IMG/VR virus record: IMGVR_UViG_3300005466_000024
Coordinates: 1 to 64,000 of that record
Strand: one strand, 5' to 3'
From: a virus
DNA length: 64,000 nt
Each line of letters starts with the position of its first letter. Within the stretch, counting starts at the first letter, position 1. This document shows, piece by piece, positions 27,650 through 36,456 of the stretch. Under the pieces are notes generated by a model. That model had not been told where the DNA came from and made no database searches. It was given only the letters and a program-made list of their open reading frames with translations. The translations under genes were made by a program, and so were the position numbers.

Positions 27650-28996
27650 TCACCTTACGAATATGTGCGGATCCCTCAGGTTGAACGTGTTGGGGCGTTG
27701 CCGACGCCGGGTGAGCGAGGTGCTGACGGTGGAGTCCCGGGCCGGCGCGGTGGTGGCTACCGCGTAGTCGGGGTAGAAGGTGAACATCACCTGGCTGGGG
27801 GCGCTCACCGGCAATTTGTAGTGGAAGGCATCGGCGATGCCGCCGATGCCGAGGATCCGTTCGATCTCGTGGGTGATCCACTCGAGCTGGGAATCCCACG
27901 CGAAGTGGTAGGGGGTGCCGTCGGGGTTCAGGGCCGGCGCCTGGGCCGGATGAATGCCGTACTTGCCGCCGGGGAAATTGCCGGGGCAGTCGCACAGCTC
28001 GTAGGTTTTCCATTCGGTGTACTGCTCGAAGGTCTGGTACACCGAATAGTTCTGTTCGGTCTTCACCGTGCCGTCTGGTTGCAGGGTGCCGTAGGTCACG
28101 GCATCGATCTGCGAGCGCGGATCCCCATACAGGTAGTACTGGCTGTACTCCTGGGTAGCGTTGAACGCCGCCGTGGGCGCCACCTGTGGTGTGGTCTGCG
28201 CGCGGAACAGCCATTGCTCACTGGGCAGTAGGTCGATCGGCAATAGCTGCGGCGGCGGCATCTGGGAGAGCACCGGGGTGGCGGTGACCAGTCGTTCCAC
28301 CTGGAAGTAGGTGGAGTCCGCTGTCGCGGTGGCTACCGGGACCGGTGTCTGTACCGCCAGCCCCTGCGTGTCCACGGTGATGATGGCGTCGATCGGGCTC
28401 ATCCGGTCGAGCATGTCGCGCAGCAGCCGCATCTCGATGGGCTCGAGGGTTTCCTTGTGTGGTTTGACGACGATTTCGTTACGCGCGCTGACCGGCGCGC
28501 GCCCCAGGTTCGCGCCGAGGCCCCAGTTGTCGGTGTAGCGCCATATCTCGAACAGGTCGCAGTCCACCGCGATGGCGGCGTTGACGCAGGTGCGGATCCC
28601 GGTGGGGGTGCCGCCCTGCGAGCAGGCGATGAAGTACTGCTTGACCCGGTCGCGGTACCAGGCGTCCTTGACGCGGACTTCGTCCCACTGATCGCTGGTG
28701 AGCAGGTCGACGGTCGGGTTGTAGGGGTAGGACTCGGCGGGACTGCGTGACAGGAAGCCGATCTGCCCGAAGATGTAGTCGAGGTCGTGGAAGTACAGTG
28801 TCTCCATCGCCCCGGCCATCCGCGCCAACAGGATCTCGTTGATCAGCGCGCCGGCCCCGGTGGTGCCGCACAAGGCGTCCACGATCTTGTAGAGGATGGT
28901 GCCCGCCGTGCCGGTGTACACCGAGGGGTCGCAGTGCGCGAGGCGCTGCGTCGTCGACATCGGCGGGATGAGCGGGAAGGGGCTTTGATCAGCCAC
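27650..28996 (-). CDS. Baseplate wedge protein (P2 gpI-like position)
   Basis: Follows baseplate J; DLDYIFG...GGTPTGIRTCV...NEIVVKP pattern typical of wedge subunits. Confidence 0.6.
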   Translation of the reverse strand: MADQSPFPLIPPMSTTQRLAHCDPSVYTGTAGTILYKIVDALCGTTGAGALINEILLARMAGAMETLYFHDLDYIFGQIGFLSRSPAESYPYNPTVDLLTSDQWDEVRVKDAWYRDRVKQYFIACSQGGTPTGIRTCVNAAIAVDCDLFEIWRYTDNWGLGANLGRAPVSARNEIVVKPHKETLEPIEMRLLRDMLDRMSPIDAIITVDTQGLAVQTPVPVATATADSTYFQVERLVTATPVLSQMPPPQLLPIDLLPSEQWLFRAQTTPQVAPTAAFNATQEYSQYYLYGDPRSQIDAVTYGTLQPDGTVKTEQNYSVYQTFEQYTEWKTYELCDCPGNFPGGKYGIHPAQAPALNPDGTPYHFAWDSQLEWITHEIERILGIGGIADAFHYKLPVSAPSQVMFTFYPDYAVATTAPARDSTVSTSLTRRRQRPNTFNLRDPHIFVR

Positions 28997-29378
28997 GACT
29001 TATCCCCCCTGCCGCCGCGGGACGGTAAATGTACTCATCACCCTCCCAGTCATCGGGATCGGCGACGACATGGCTGTGGGGCACACTCCGTTGCAGCACC
29101 CTGCCCGTTCCGGCGTAGTCCTTCGCGAGCTGTTTGTTCGTGGTGACGAAATCGCCCGGAACGATCCCCTTCTGACCCCACGGTGCGCCCCGATAAATGA
29201 CGACCGGCTCGTCGGCCTGGACGCCACGCAGTTTGTCCAGCGTGAGTAGGTGCGGACTGATCGGGCCCGTCCGCGAGGATGGGTCGTAGTCGACGAATAG
29301 GCCACCCGTCGGATTGACGCTTTCCAATGTTGGATGCCACGCGGCCACTCGTTCGCGGGCCGTCAGGATCCTGCGCAT
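28989..29378 (-). CDS. ADP-ribosyltransferase-fold protein with MRRILTARERVAAWH leader (129 aa)
   Basis: Start ATG 29378 (TGATG overlap with baseplate J); VVIYRG...PGDFVTTNKQLAKDY...EGDEYIY resembles R-S/T-E ART strands. Confidence 0.55.
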   Translation of the reverse strand: MRRILTARERVAAWHPTLESVNPTGGLFVDYDPSSRTGPISPHLLTLDKLRGVQADEPVVIYRGAPWGQKGIVPGDFVTTNKQLAKDYAGTGRVLQRSVPHSHVVADPDDWEGDEYIYRPAAAGGISRG

Positions 29379-31135
29379 CAGGGTGCTGCCTTGCGGGTGA
29401 TGATGACGTCCTGGAACACGGCCAGCGCATTGTCGGAGACCTTGAAGTCGTCGGTTTCGATGGTTTGCGGGGACGGGTCTGTGGGGTTGGCGAACACTTC
29501 GATGCCGTAGTCGGTGGAGTCGTCGGCCGAGGTGGTCAGCCGCACGTCGAGCACGCCGAGCACCTGCTGCACCGCCAGACAGATCCCGGCGACCTTGAGC
29601 TGGGGTCCGAACCCCAGGCCTTGGAAGTAGGTTTGCAGCTGGGTGCGGATCGCCGAGTTGGTGATCGCCACCGAGTAGGAGCGGTCGTATTCGACGCACA
29701 GGCAGACCACCAGGTACGACCAGGCCGCCTGGTGGACCATCACGTCGGTGCAGACCTGTTTGGAGGTGTCGACGATCGCCTGCAGCAGTTCCGGCACCTG
29801 GTTGTAGGTGTAGGTCAGGGTCAGTTCGGTGCCGTTGGCCGGGCCGGCGCCCGTCCATTCGATGCCGGAGGTTTCCGCTGGGCCACCGGCGAGCAGGGTG
29901 GTGTCGGCGAGCAGGAAATAGTGTGTGCCCTGGGCGTAGACGGTGACGCCGCTGGTGATGGTGGCCGGGAAGCTGACTATCGGCACCGAACCCAGCCGCA
30001 TGAACCGGTTGGTGGCCGAGGGGGTGCCCGCCGACCCGACCCGGCGAAACTTGCCGGTGTAGTAGGGCGACGCCGAGGAGGCCGACAGCGCCGTGGAGGT
30101 CACCACGGTTTGTTCGGTGACGGTGACCGGGGTGACACCGTCGGTGAACACGTCGACCTTGTTGGTGATGCCGTTGGGCGGGTCGTTGCGGGAGCTGCGG
30201 GTGGTGTAGGAAAATTCGAGGTCGACGACCTGGCCGACCATGTTGGCCAGCGCACCGGTGGAGATGGTGGTGAACACCGGGGACACCCCGGCGGACAGGT
30301 TGTAGTCGTCGATGTCGGAGTAGAACACCTCGCTTTCCTGTCCCAGGTCGGTGAAGCAGCTGCTCATCCCGCCCCACGCGTATTTCACGTCCTGGGTGAC
30401 CGGCAGCGTCAGGGTGGTGGCGGGTACTTCGATCTGGGTGGTGTACAGCGTGGTGGGCCCGAACACGGTGACCCGGCTGACGGTGTTGTTCTGCAGCGCA
30501 ATCGCCCGGTACCAGTCACTGGTCCCGGCGATGTTGCGCAGCAGGGTGGCCTTGAAGCGCATCCGCAGTTCGGCGTCGGTTTCCACGTCGACCCCTCCGC
30601 TCATGGCGGCGAGGTTGGTGACGGTGGCCGTCGCCAGGGTGGAGCCCAGCGAGGTGATGGAGCCCGGCGGCACATTGCCGACGGTGCCCACTGTGGTGCA
30701 CTGCACGGGGATGTCGATCGAATAGGATCCGGCGGTCAGCACCACCGCCTGGGTGGAGGCGAAGTACAGGGCGGCGCTGGCGCCGGGGACGGCGGTGTTG
30801 GTGTAGAACTGGGTGCCCAGGGACACGTTCTGGTCGCTCGCCGAGGTGGTGGACAGCGTCATTCGCACGACACCTTTGGCGGCCTTTCCCGCCAATCTTC
30901 CGTACCCGAATATCCCGACGAATTGTTCCAGCTCCAATCCGGACTTGTTCTCGATATCCAGTAGCGATCCCACCAGGTATTGGTCGACGTAGGCCGCACT
31001 GATTGCCTCTGCACAGGCATCGATGATTTTTCGTTCGGGGGTGCCCAATTCGCAGGACAGCCCTGGACAGGTGGTGGCCAGGGTGGCGATGATCTGGGAG
31101 GAGATTTCTGCCGGGGTCTTGCTCGACCTACTCAC
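29378..31135 (-). CDS. Baseplate J-like protein
   Basis: GTPERKIIDA, GLELEQF...GRLAGKAAKG, VGNVPPGSIT, VTN...GGVDVETDAELRMR. Confidence 0.88.
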   Translation of the reverse strand: MSRSSKTPAEISSQIIATLATTCPGLSCELGTPERKIIDACAEAISAAYVDQYLVGSLLDIENKSGLELEQFVGIFGYGRLAGKAAKGVVRMTLSTTSASDQNVSLGTQFYTNTAVPGASAALYFASTQAVVLTAGSYSIDIPVQCTTVGTVGNVPPGSITSLGSTLATATVTNLAAMSGGVDVETDAELRMRFKATLLRNIAGTSDWYRAIALQNNTVSRVTVFGPTTLYTTQIEVPATTLTLPVTQDVKYAWGGMSSCFTDLGQESEVFYSDIDDYNLSAGVSPVFTTISTGALANMVGQVVDLEFSYTTRSSRNDPPNGITNKVDVFTDGVTPVTVTEQTVVTSTALSASSASPYYTGKFRRVGSAGTPSATNRFMRLGSVPIVSFPATITSGVTVYAQGTHYFLLADTTLLAGGPAETSGIEWTGAGPANGTELTLTYTYNQVPELLQAIVDTSKQVCTDVMVHQAAWSYLVVCLCVEYDRSYSVAITNSAIRTQLQTYFQGLGFGPQLKVAGICLAVQQVLGVLDVRLTTSADDSTDYGIEVFANPTDPSPQTIETDDFKVSDNALAVFQDVIITRKAAP

Positions 31136-31188
31136 CTCCCTCTGTGGGAGGAGTCCCTATGGGACTCCTCGCCTTTTTAGGGGCGAGG
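31135..31188 (-). promoter_or_regulatory. Three overlapping alternative hairpins over the baseplate J translation start
   Basis: CCTCGCC/GGCGAGG (31167-31188), GAGGAGTCCC/GGGACTCCTC (31148-31170), CCTCCC/GGGAGG (31135-31151). Confidence 0.55.
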
Positions 31189-31191
31189 GGT

Positions 31192-31620
31192 TCAGGCGGT
31201 GCTCTGGCTGGCGGTCACGGTGGCCTGCTGGCCGGCGGCGCTGGTCACCGACACCGCCGCAGTCACCGTGTCGTAGCTGATGGTGGCGCTGACGTCGTTG
31301 ATCGAGTACAGCAGTTCGGCGAGGCTGTAGAGCTGCGGGTTCGCGGTGAAGCCCAGCTGTTGCACCCGCTGGTAGTTCGCCAGCACCCGCAGCACCTCGT
31401 TCTGCATGGTGACGGAGGTGGCCGGGTTGATGACGGAGCCGATGTAGGCTTCCAGGGTGCTTCCCATGGCGGGGTGGAAGCGGTCCCCGCCGTAGCTCTC
31501 CAAAATCCACAGCTGTAGATCCTGGGCCAATTTGGGTGTGCCGGAGACGATCGCCAACTGCGAACCCAGCAGGCTGAGATCCCCGTTCTGCACGGCGAGT
31601 GAGAAGGTCACGTGCACCAC
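31192..31620 (-). CDS. gp25-like baseplate wedge protein
   Basis: GDL...VSGTPKLAQDL...GGDRFHPAMGS; canonical position before J (alternative start GTG 31611). Confidence 0.8.
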   Translation of the reverse strand: MVHVTFSLAVQNGDLSLLGSQLAIVSGTPKLAQDLQLWILESYGGDRFHPAMGSTLEAYIGSVINPATSVTMQNEVLRVLANYQRVQQLGFTANPQLYSLAELLYSINDVSATISYDTVTAAVSVTSAAGQQATVTASQSTA

Positions 31621-31645
31621 CGTTTCGTGTTGTGCGTGTCACCCT

Positions 31646-32953
31646 TTACTGCCACTGCAGCAGCGTGTACCCGGCTCCGCCGTTGCTGCCCTGGCCATTG
31701 GAGTCGCCTCCGGCGCCGCCACCGCCCCCGGCCCCGGCGGTGGCCCCGTCACCTCCGGGGGCGCCCGCATTGCCGCCGCCGGGTTGACCGGCCGCCCCGG
31801 AGCCGCCGCCGCCGGCGTTTCCCAGCGCCGCCGCGCCACCGGCGGCACCGTTACCACTGCCGCCGGTTTGCTGTGCTCCACCAGTGGCGGTGGCCGAGTC
31901 GCCGCCCGCGCCACTGGTGTTCAAGTTGTGGGCACCGCTGGAGTCGCGACCGCCCCCACCACCACCGCCGGGGCCCTCCAGGCCGAGGCTGTCGAAGCCC
32001 GCCACCCCGCTGCCGTTGGTGCCGTTGGTGTTGTTGCCACCGGCCCCACCGGCCCTGCCGTTGGTGGCCGTGTCGGCGGTGAATCCGGTTGCCGTGGTGG
32101 TGCCTCCGGCACCACCGGCCGGTCGGGTGGCGGTGTTCGTTCCGGCGGTGCCGTGGCCGCCGCCACCGGCCGTGGCCACGATGGTGCCCGAGGTGAATGA
32201 GCTGTTGCCGCCGTTGGTGGTGGCCGTCCCCGCAGTCCCGACGGTTACCGAGTACGTCGAGCCGAGCAGGCTCACGCTCTCCCATCCGGTGTCGAGATAG
32301 GCGCCACCACCCCCGCCGGCACCGCCCGCTTCGGCGTTGAAGGCTGCCGCGCCACCTGCTCCACCGCCCCCGCCACCGCCGATGGCGACGAACCGCCACA
32401 GCGTCGCCCCGGCGGGCACGGTGACATTGGTGCGGGAGGTGTTGATCTCGCTGCGTATTACGGTCACTCTGCCGGTACCGGTCAGTGACGCGGCCCGGGT
32501 GAACTTGGCGAATGCCGCGACGGTGAGTCGTCCGGCCCCTGCCCTGGACGCGGTCACGGAGAACCGTGCGTAGCTGGCGGGGGTGAGGGTTCCGTGTCCA
32601 CTCGCCGCTCCCGGCAACCGGAACTGTGTCGCCACGGCGGTGGCGGTGAGTCGGCCCGTACCGATGGTGGTGCTGTTCGCACCGGCCCCCAGCACACACC
32701 GGCCACCCAGGGCCGCGGATACGAACCGGACGGCGCGTGTCGTTGCCATGATCGTTCCCCGGCCACGCAGGACAGGGGTGATCCGTATCAGGCTCATGTA
32801 CGCACTCGCCGTCAGGGTTCCCTCGCCCGTACACGTCCCGGCCACTGCCGAACCCGAGGGCCACACCTGGATGTCGCCCAGGTAGATCGCGAACACGACG
32901 GTTTCGCCCAGGTAGGCCGCAGTGATCGGGACGGCCCCGTCGTAGGCGCCCAT
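31646..32953 (-). CDS. Gly-rich minor tail/fibre protein (435 aa)
   Basis: N-term ITAAYLG...AIYLG-QVWP, GxGxLTATA repeats, then WRFVAIGGGGGGG glycine-rich domain. Confidence 0.7.
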   Translation of the reverse strand: MGAYDGAVPITAAYLGETVVFAIYLGDIQVWPSGSAVAGTCTGEGTLTASAYMSLIRITPVLRGRGTIMATTRAVRFVSAALGGRCVLGAGANSTTIGTGRLTATAVATQFRLPGAASGHGTLTPASYARFSVTASRAGAGRLTVAAFAKFTRAASLTGTGRVTVIRSEINTSRTNVTVPAGATLWRFVAIGGGGGGGAGGAAAFNAEAGGAGGGGGAYLDTGWESVSLLGSTYSVTVGTAGTATTNGGNSSFTSGTIVATAGGGGHGTAGTNTATRPAGGAGGTTTATGFTADTATNGRAGGAGGNNTNGTNGSGVAGFDSLGLEGPGGGGGGGRDSSGAHNLNTSGAGGDSATATGGAQQTGGSGNGAAGGAAALGNAGGGGSGAAGQPGGGNAGAPGGDGATAGAGGGGGAGGDSNGQGSNGGAGYTLLQWQ

Positions 32954-32961
32954 GCCCTTTC

Positions 32962-33486
32962 TCAGGTCACGATGTAGAGGGTGTCGGGATCCTTGGGGTC
33001 GATGGCCGTGTATTGCGCTGCGCTGCCCCGCCAGATGCGCAGCCGGCCCGTGGTGGTGATGACACCGCGCCAGGCGACCCCGTCGCTGACGACGGGGTCG
33101 CCGTCGTACGCCAGCGCCCCGGCATCGACGGTGGCGGGATTGGGCAGGTCGGCGGGCAGCCGCAGCGGGGCGTTGGCGTTGACCTGTGTGCCGTTGAGTT
33201 CCAGCGGGCCGGAGGAGCCGACGTGCACCTGGCCCTGCACGGCGTCGGTGAGTAGTTCGGGGGCGTTGGTCTGCAGTTTGCGGTCCAGCCGGTAGAAGCC
33301 CATGTCGGCGCGCTCGATCATCCAGCTTTCGCCCACCGCCGGGGTGATGACGCTGGCCCCGATGTGGTAGGACAGGTCGATCGGCACCGTGACATGGGTG
33401 CGGGTCATGCCGTCGGCCTTGCGGTTGGCCAGGTCTACTGCGGTGATCTGCACCACCCGCGCGGTTTGGGGGGTGGGCATGCTCAT
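32962..33486 (-). CDS. Baseplate spike (gpV-like OB) / minor tail protein
   Basis: ARVVQITAVD...TPAVGESWMIER OB-like N-term; C-term IWRGSAAQY-AI-PKDPDTLYIVT typical of actinophage tail genes; follows the hub. Confidence 0.55.
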   Translation of the reverse strand: MSMPTPQTARVVQITAVDLANRKADGMTRTHVTVPIDLSYHIGASVITPAVGESWMIERADMGFYRLDRKLQTNAPELLTDAVQGQVHVGSSGPLELNGTQVNANAPLRLPADLPNPATVDAGALAYDGDPVVSDGVAWRGVITTTGRLRIWRGSAAQYTAIDPKDPDTLYIVT

Positions 33487-33487
33487 G

Positions 33488-36454
33488 TCACTGCCCGCCC
33501 ATCGTGACGGTGCTGGAGGTGCCCGCGTTGTCGAAGCCACCCAGCCCGGCCATGATGTTGGTCTGGTCGGGATTGAGCAGCCCGGTACCGGTGTTGGCCA
33601 TCCTGTTCAGCGCACCGGGCACCGAGGGCGCCATGATCACCGCGTCGGTGGTGAAGCCGTGCTCGTAATCGAAGGTATGCGTCACCTCGCTGACGTATAC
33701 CTGCAGGTTGTGATTTTTCAACACCACCCGCATACCGGGGAACAATTCCGGCAAGAATGTGAATTGGACGGCAGTCTGGAATTGTTGTGCCCATTTCTCC
33801 ATGAAGATCTGGCAGGCCAACAGGAACTCGAGTTCGTGACTGCCGGCGAGCATGGAGGTGTCGGTGAAGGGCCGCACCCCGAATCGAGCCTCGATCTGCG
33901 CCGCGGTCATCTGCCCGATGTCGAGGGTGGGCAGGATCTTGGTGAGCCGCTCGAACAGCCAGGTCTGTTCGATGGTGGCCACCCCTGCGGTGTCCAGCCA
34001 GCCCAGCAGCGGATCCCAGTTCGACACCACCGGCGCCGGGTAGCCGTTGACGTAGACGTGGGTGGTGAGCTGGTCGTCGGACAGATCGAGGTGGACGTCC
34101 TTGAGTTCGATGTCCTCCAGGGAAACCACGGCGGGTTTGCCGTCGATGCCGAAGTAGTCCGGGTAGTACGCGATGAACGAGCCGTCGGGACCGGACGCGA
34201 AGTTGCGCAGCGAACCGCGGCAGACCCGGTTGACCATGCTCATCAGTGGTTGGCAGTCGATGTATTCCTTGAACGGCTCGGCGGCCAGCAGCGGCGCGAT
34301 CTCGTCGGCGAAGGATCCCGGCACGAACTCGTAGTAGAACAGGTTGGTGGCGATCGGTTCGTTGTTGGTGCCGCCCACCCCGGTGGCGCCCGAGCCGGGC
34401 GGCAGACCCGGCCCGGCCAGCATCGGGTCGGTCCGCGGGGAAGCGGGGTTGGGGCCACCGTTCTGGGCGACCTGGCAGATCGCGCACGCGTTGAGATCCC
34501 AGTACAGCGTGTTCACGTGCACCCCGGCCCCAGCCTGCCCACCCGATTCGATGATCTGTCCCCCGCCGAGCCACATCACCACGTGGTCGCGGGCGGGGCT
34601 GACGATCAAGTCCCCGCGGCGGATGTTCGACGGCGGCACCAGCGGCAGGCTGCTGGCCATCGCCTGAGTGGTGCGTGGCAGGGCGATCCCGATGGACCGG
34701 TAGGCGTACACCATCAGTCCACTACAGTCAAAGCTGTTGGGGCCGGTGGCCCCCCACACATAGGGTTTGCCGATCTGGGCCATCGCGGTCTGTACCGCGC
34801 CCTCGGAGTCCGGGTTGGGTTTGACGCCCAGGTCGGCGCCGCCGGTGGAGATCGTCGCCGCAGCGCTGCCGCCGATGCTGGGCACGCCCAGGCCGCCGGG
34901 GCTCAGTGAGCCGGGGTTCACCGACACCGGTGAGTTGGCGGCGGGTCCGATCACGCTGCTGGGCAGTCCCGCCGCACCGGCCACGCTGGACACCGCGGAG
35001 GACACCGGGTTGGCGGCGACCGTGGAGGCGGCGGCGTTCTGCGGGGCGCGGATCGCCTGAACCTGCTGGGTGGCCCACGGGATGGCGGCATCGACTTTGG
35101 CGGCGTAGCCGGTGGGGTCGCTGGCCCGCTGGACCGTCCAGGCCGCCATCCCCGGATCGGAGTTGCGCCAGTCGACCGTGGCGAGCCGGTCGAAGAACAT
35201 GCCCGCCGCCTGTTTGGGGTTCATCCTCTGGCTTACCGTCCCCCAGTTGGCGCCGTTGATTTGCTGGAAGATGCCGCAGCTGGTGCCGTCGAAGCCGGGG
35301 CCGTCGTTGGGCAGGAAGTTGGCCGAGTCGGGGACGGCGGGGTTGTAGAGGTTGCGGATGGTGACACCGCCGCCGGTTTCCACCGCGGCGGTGGCCACCC
35401 CGATGATGGCGGCATCGTTGTGCTGGACGAACGTGTTGTAGTTGACCTGCGTTTGCTGCGCGTTTTGGGCCATCTGCCGGGTGGCGGCGTCACGGGAGGC
35501 CAGGCCCTCGGTGCCGCCCTGCGCCAGGTTCGAGGACAGGGTGAGGTCGACGGTGGTGGGGCCCAGACCCCGTTCGTCGCAGGCCGCGACGATCTGCTGC
35601 ACGTAGAACGGTGACCCGATGCCGGGCGGCCCGGGATCCCCGGCCGCACTCGAATAGCCCGCGTACTGCTGGGGCGGCCCGGAGGTGTTGCCCACCCCCA
35701 TCAGGTTCTTGAATGCGTTCACCTGGGCCTGATTGGCGCTGCTCTGCGATTCCACCTGTGACTGCAGGAACGTCAGGAAGGTGATCGGGAAGTTCTGGAT
35801 GTGGACATCGCTTCGGTTCCACCCACCCACCTTCATGAGGAGCGCCTGCAGCAGCGATCCCAGCCCACTGTCGAAGGGGGTTTGCCCGTCTCCGGCGACC
35901 AGGGTGCCGGGGGTGAACTGGTTGAAGATGGCCTGGCTTTGTGGCAGTGACGGGTTCCACTGGGTGAACATCAGCCGCTTGAGTGTGCAGGTCGCCTTGA
36001 ACTGCGCCATGCCCTGGTAGAGGTGCTGGTAGGGCACGTTGTCGAGGTAGCCGGAGAACACCTGTTGCCAGGTGATCCGTTTGAGGAACACGGTGACCCG
36101 GTCCATGCGCTCGAACATCCCGTTGTAGCGCAGATCCTTGTTGGCCAGCATGAAGAACAGCGTCGAGGCGCTGTTCTCCTTGCGGATGACCTGGCCACGG
36201 ACCACGTCCTTGGAGACGTCGTACTGGGCGCTGCCGTGCGCGATGAGGATGCGCACGGCCGGCGCGTACACCAGTGTCTGCATGTTCTGCGGCGGGGTGA
36301 GCGCGTTGATGCCGAAGTTGGGGGTGGTCATCCCGGTGCTGCTCGGGTTGGCCGACCTGATGGTGGGGCCTCCCGCACCAGGGCCGATGAGCGGCCCGCC
36401 TTGCGGATTGGGGGTGGTTCCCAGCCCCCCTGCTCCTGGTCCGAAGATCGTCAC
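33488..36454 (-). CDS. Baseplate hub with inserted lysozyme-like and NlpC/P60 peptidoglycan hydrolase domains (988 aa)
   Basis: Hub-like N and C termini (ELFPGMRV...YVSEVTHTFD); AVETG...GIFQQ...WG...RMNP; AQIGKPYVWGATGPNSFDCSGL...DHV. Confidence 0.8.
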   Translation of the reverse strand: MTIFGPGAGGLGTTPNPQGGPLIGPGAGGPTIRSANPSSTGMTTPNFGINALTPPQNMQTLVYAPAVRILIAHGSAQYDVSKDVVRGQVIRKENSASTLFFMLANKDLRYNGMFERMDRVTVFLKRITWQQVFSGYLDNVPYQHLYQGMAQFKATCTLKRLMFTQWNPSLPQSQAIFNQFTPGTLVAGDGQTPFDSGLGSLLQALLMKVGGWNRSDVHIQNFPITFLTFLQSQVESQSSANQAQVNAFKNLMGVGNTSGPPQQYAGYSSAAGDPGPPGIGSPFYVQQIVAACDERGLGPTTVDLTLSSNLAQGGTEGLASRDAATRQMAQNAQQTQVNYNTFVQHNDAAIIGVATAAVETGGGVTIRNLYNPAVPDSANFLPNDGPGFDGTSCGIFQQINGANWGTVSQRMNPKQAAGMFFDRLATVDWRNSDPGMAAWTVQRASDPTGYAAKVDAAIPWATQQVQAIRAPQNAAASTVAANPVSSAVSSVAGAAGLPSSVIGPAANSPVSVNPGSLSPGGLGVPSIGGSAAATISTGGADLGVKPNPDSEGAVQTAMAQIGKPYVWGATGPNSFDCSGLMVYAYRSIGIALPRTTQAMASSLPLVPPSNIRRGDLIVSPARDHVVMWLGGGQIIESGGQAGAGVHVNTLYWDLNACAICQVAQNGGPNPASPRTDPMLAGPGLPPGSGATGVGGTNNEPIATNLFYYEFVPGSFADEIAPLLAAEPFKEYIDCQPLMSMVNRVCRGSLRNFASGPDGSFIAYYPDYFGIDGKPAVVSLEDIELKDVHLDLSDDQLTTHVYVNGYPAPVVSNWDPLLGWLDTAGVATIEQTWLFERLTKILPTLDIGQMTAAQIEARFGVRPFTDTSMLAGSHELEFLLACQIFMEKWAQQFQTAVQFTFLPELFPGMRVVLKNHNLQVYVSEVTHTFDYEHGFTTDAVIMAPSVPGALNRMANTGTGLLNPDQTNIMAGLGGFDNAGTSSTVTMGGQ

Positions 36455-36456
36455 CG

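Noticed and set aside
31646-32500. PE-PGRS-like proteins (also 55500-56200), tempting beside an ESX locus
   Set aside because: No PE domain or YxxxD/E signal; similarity is only Gly-rich low complexity, and both genes sit in virion operons with phage-type motifs.
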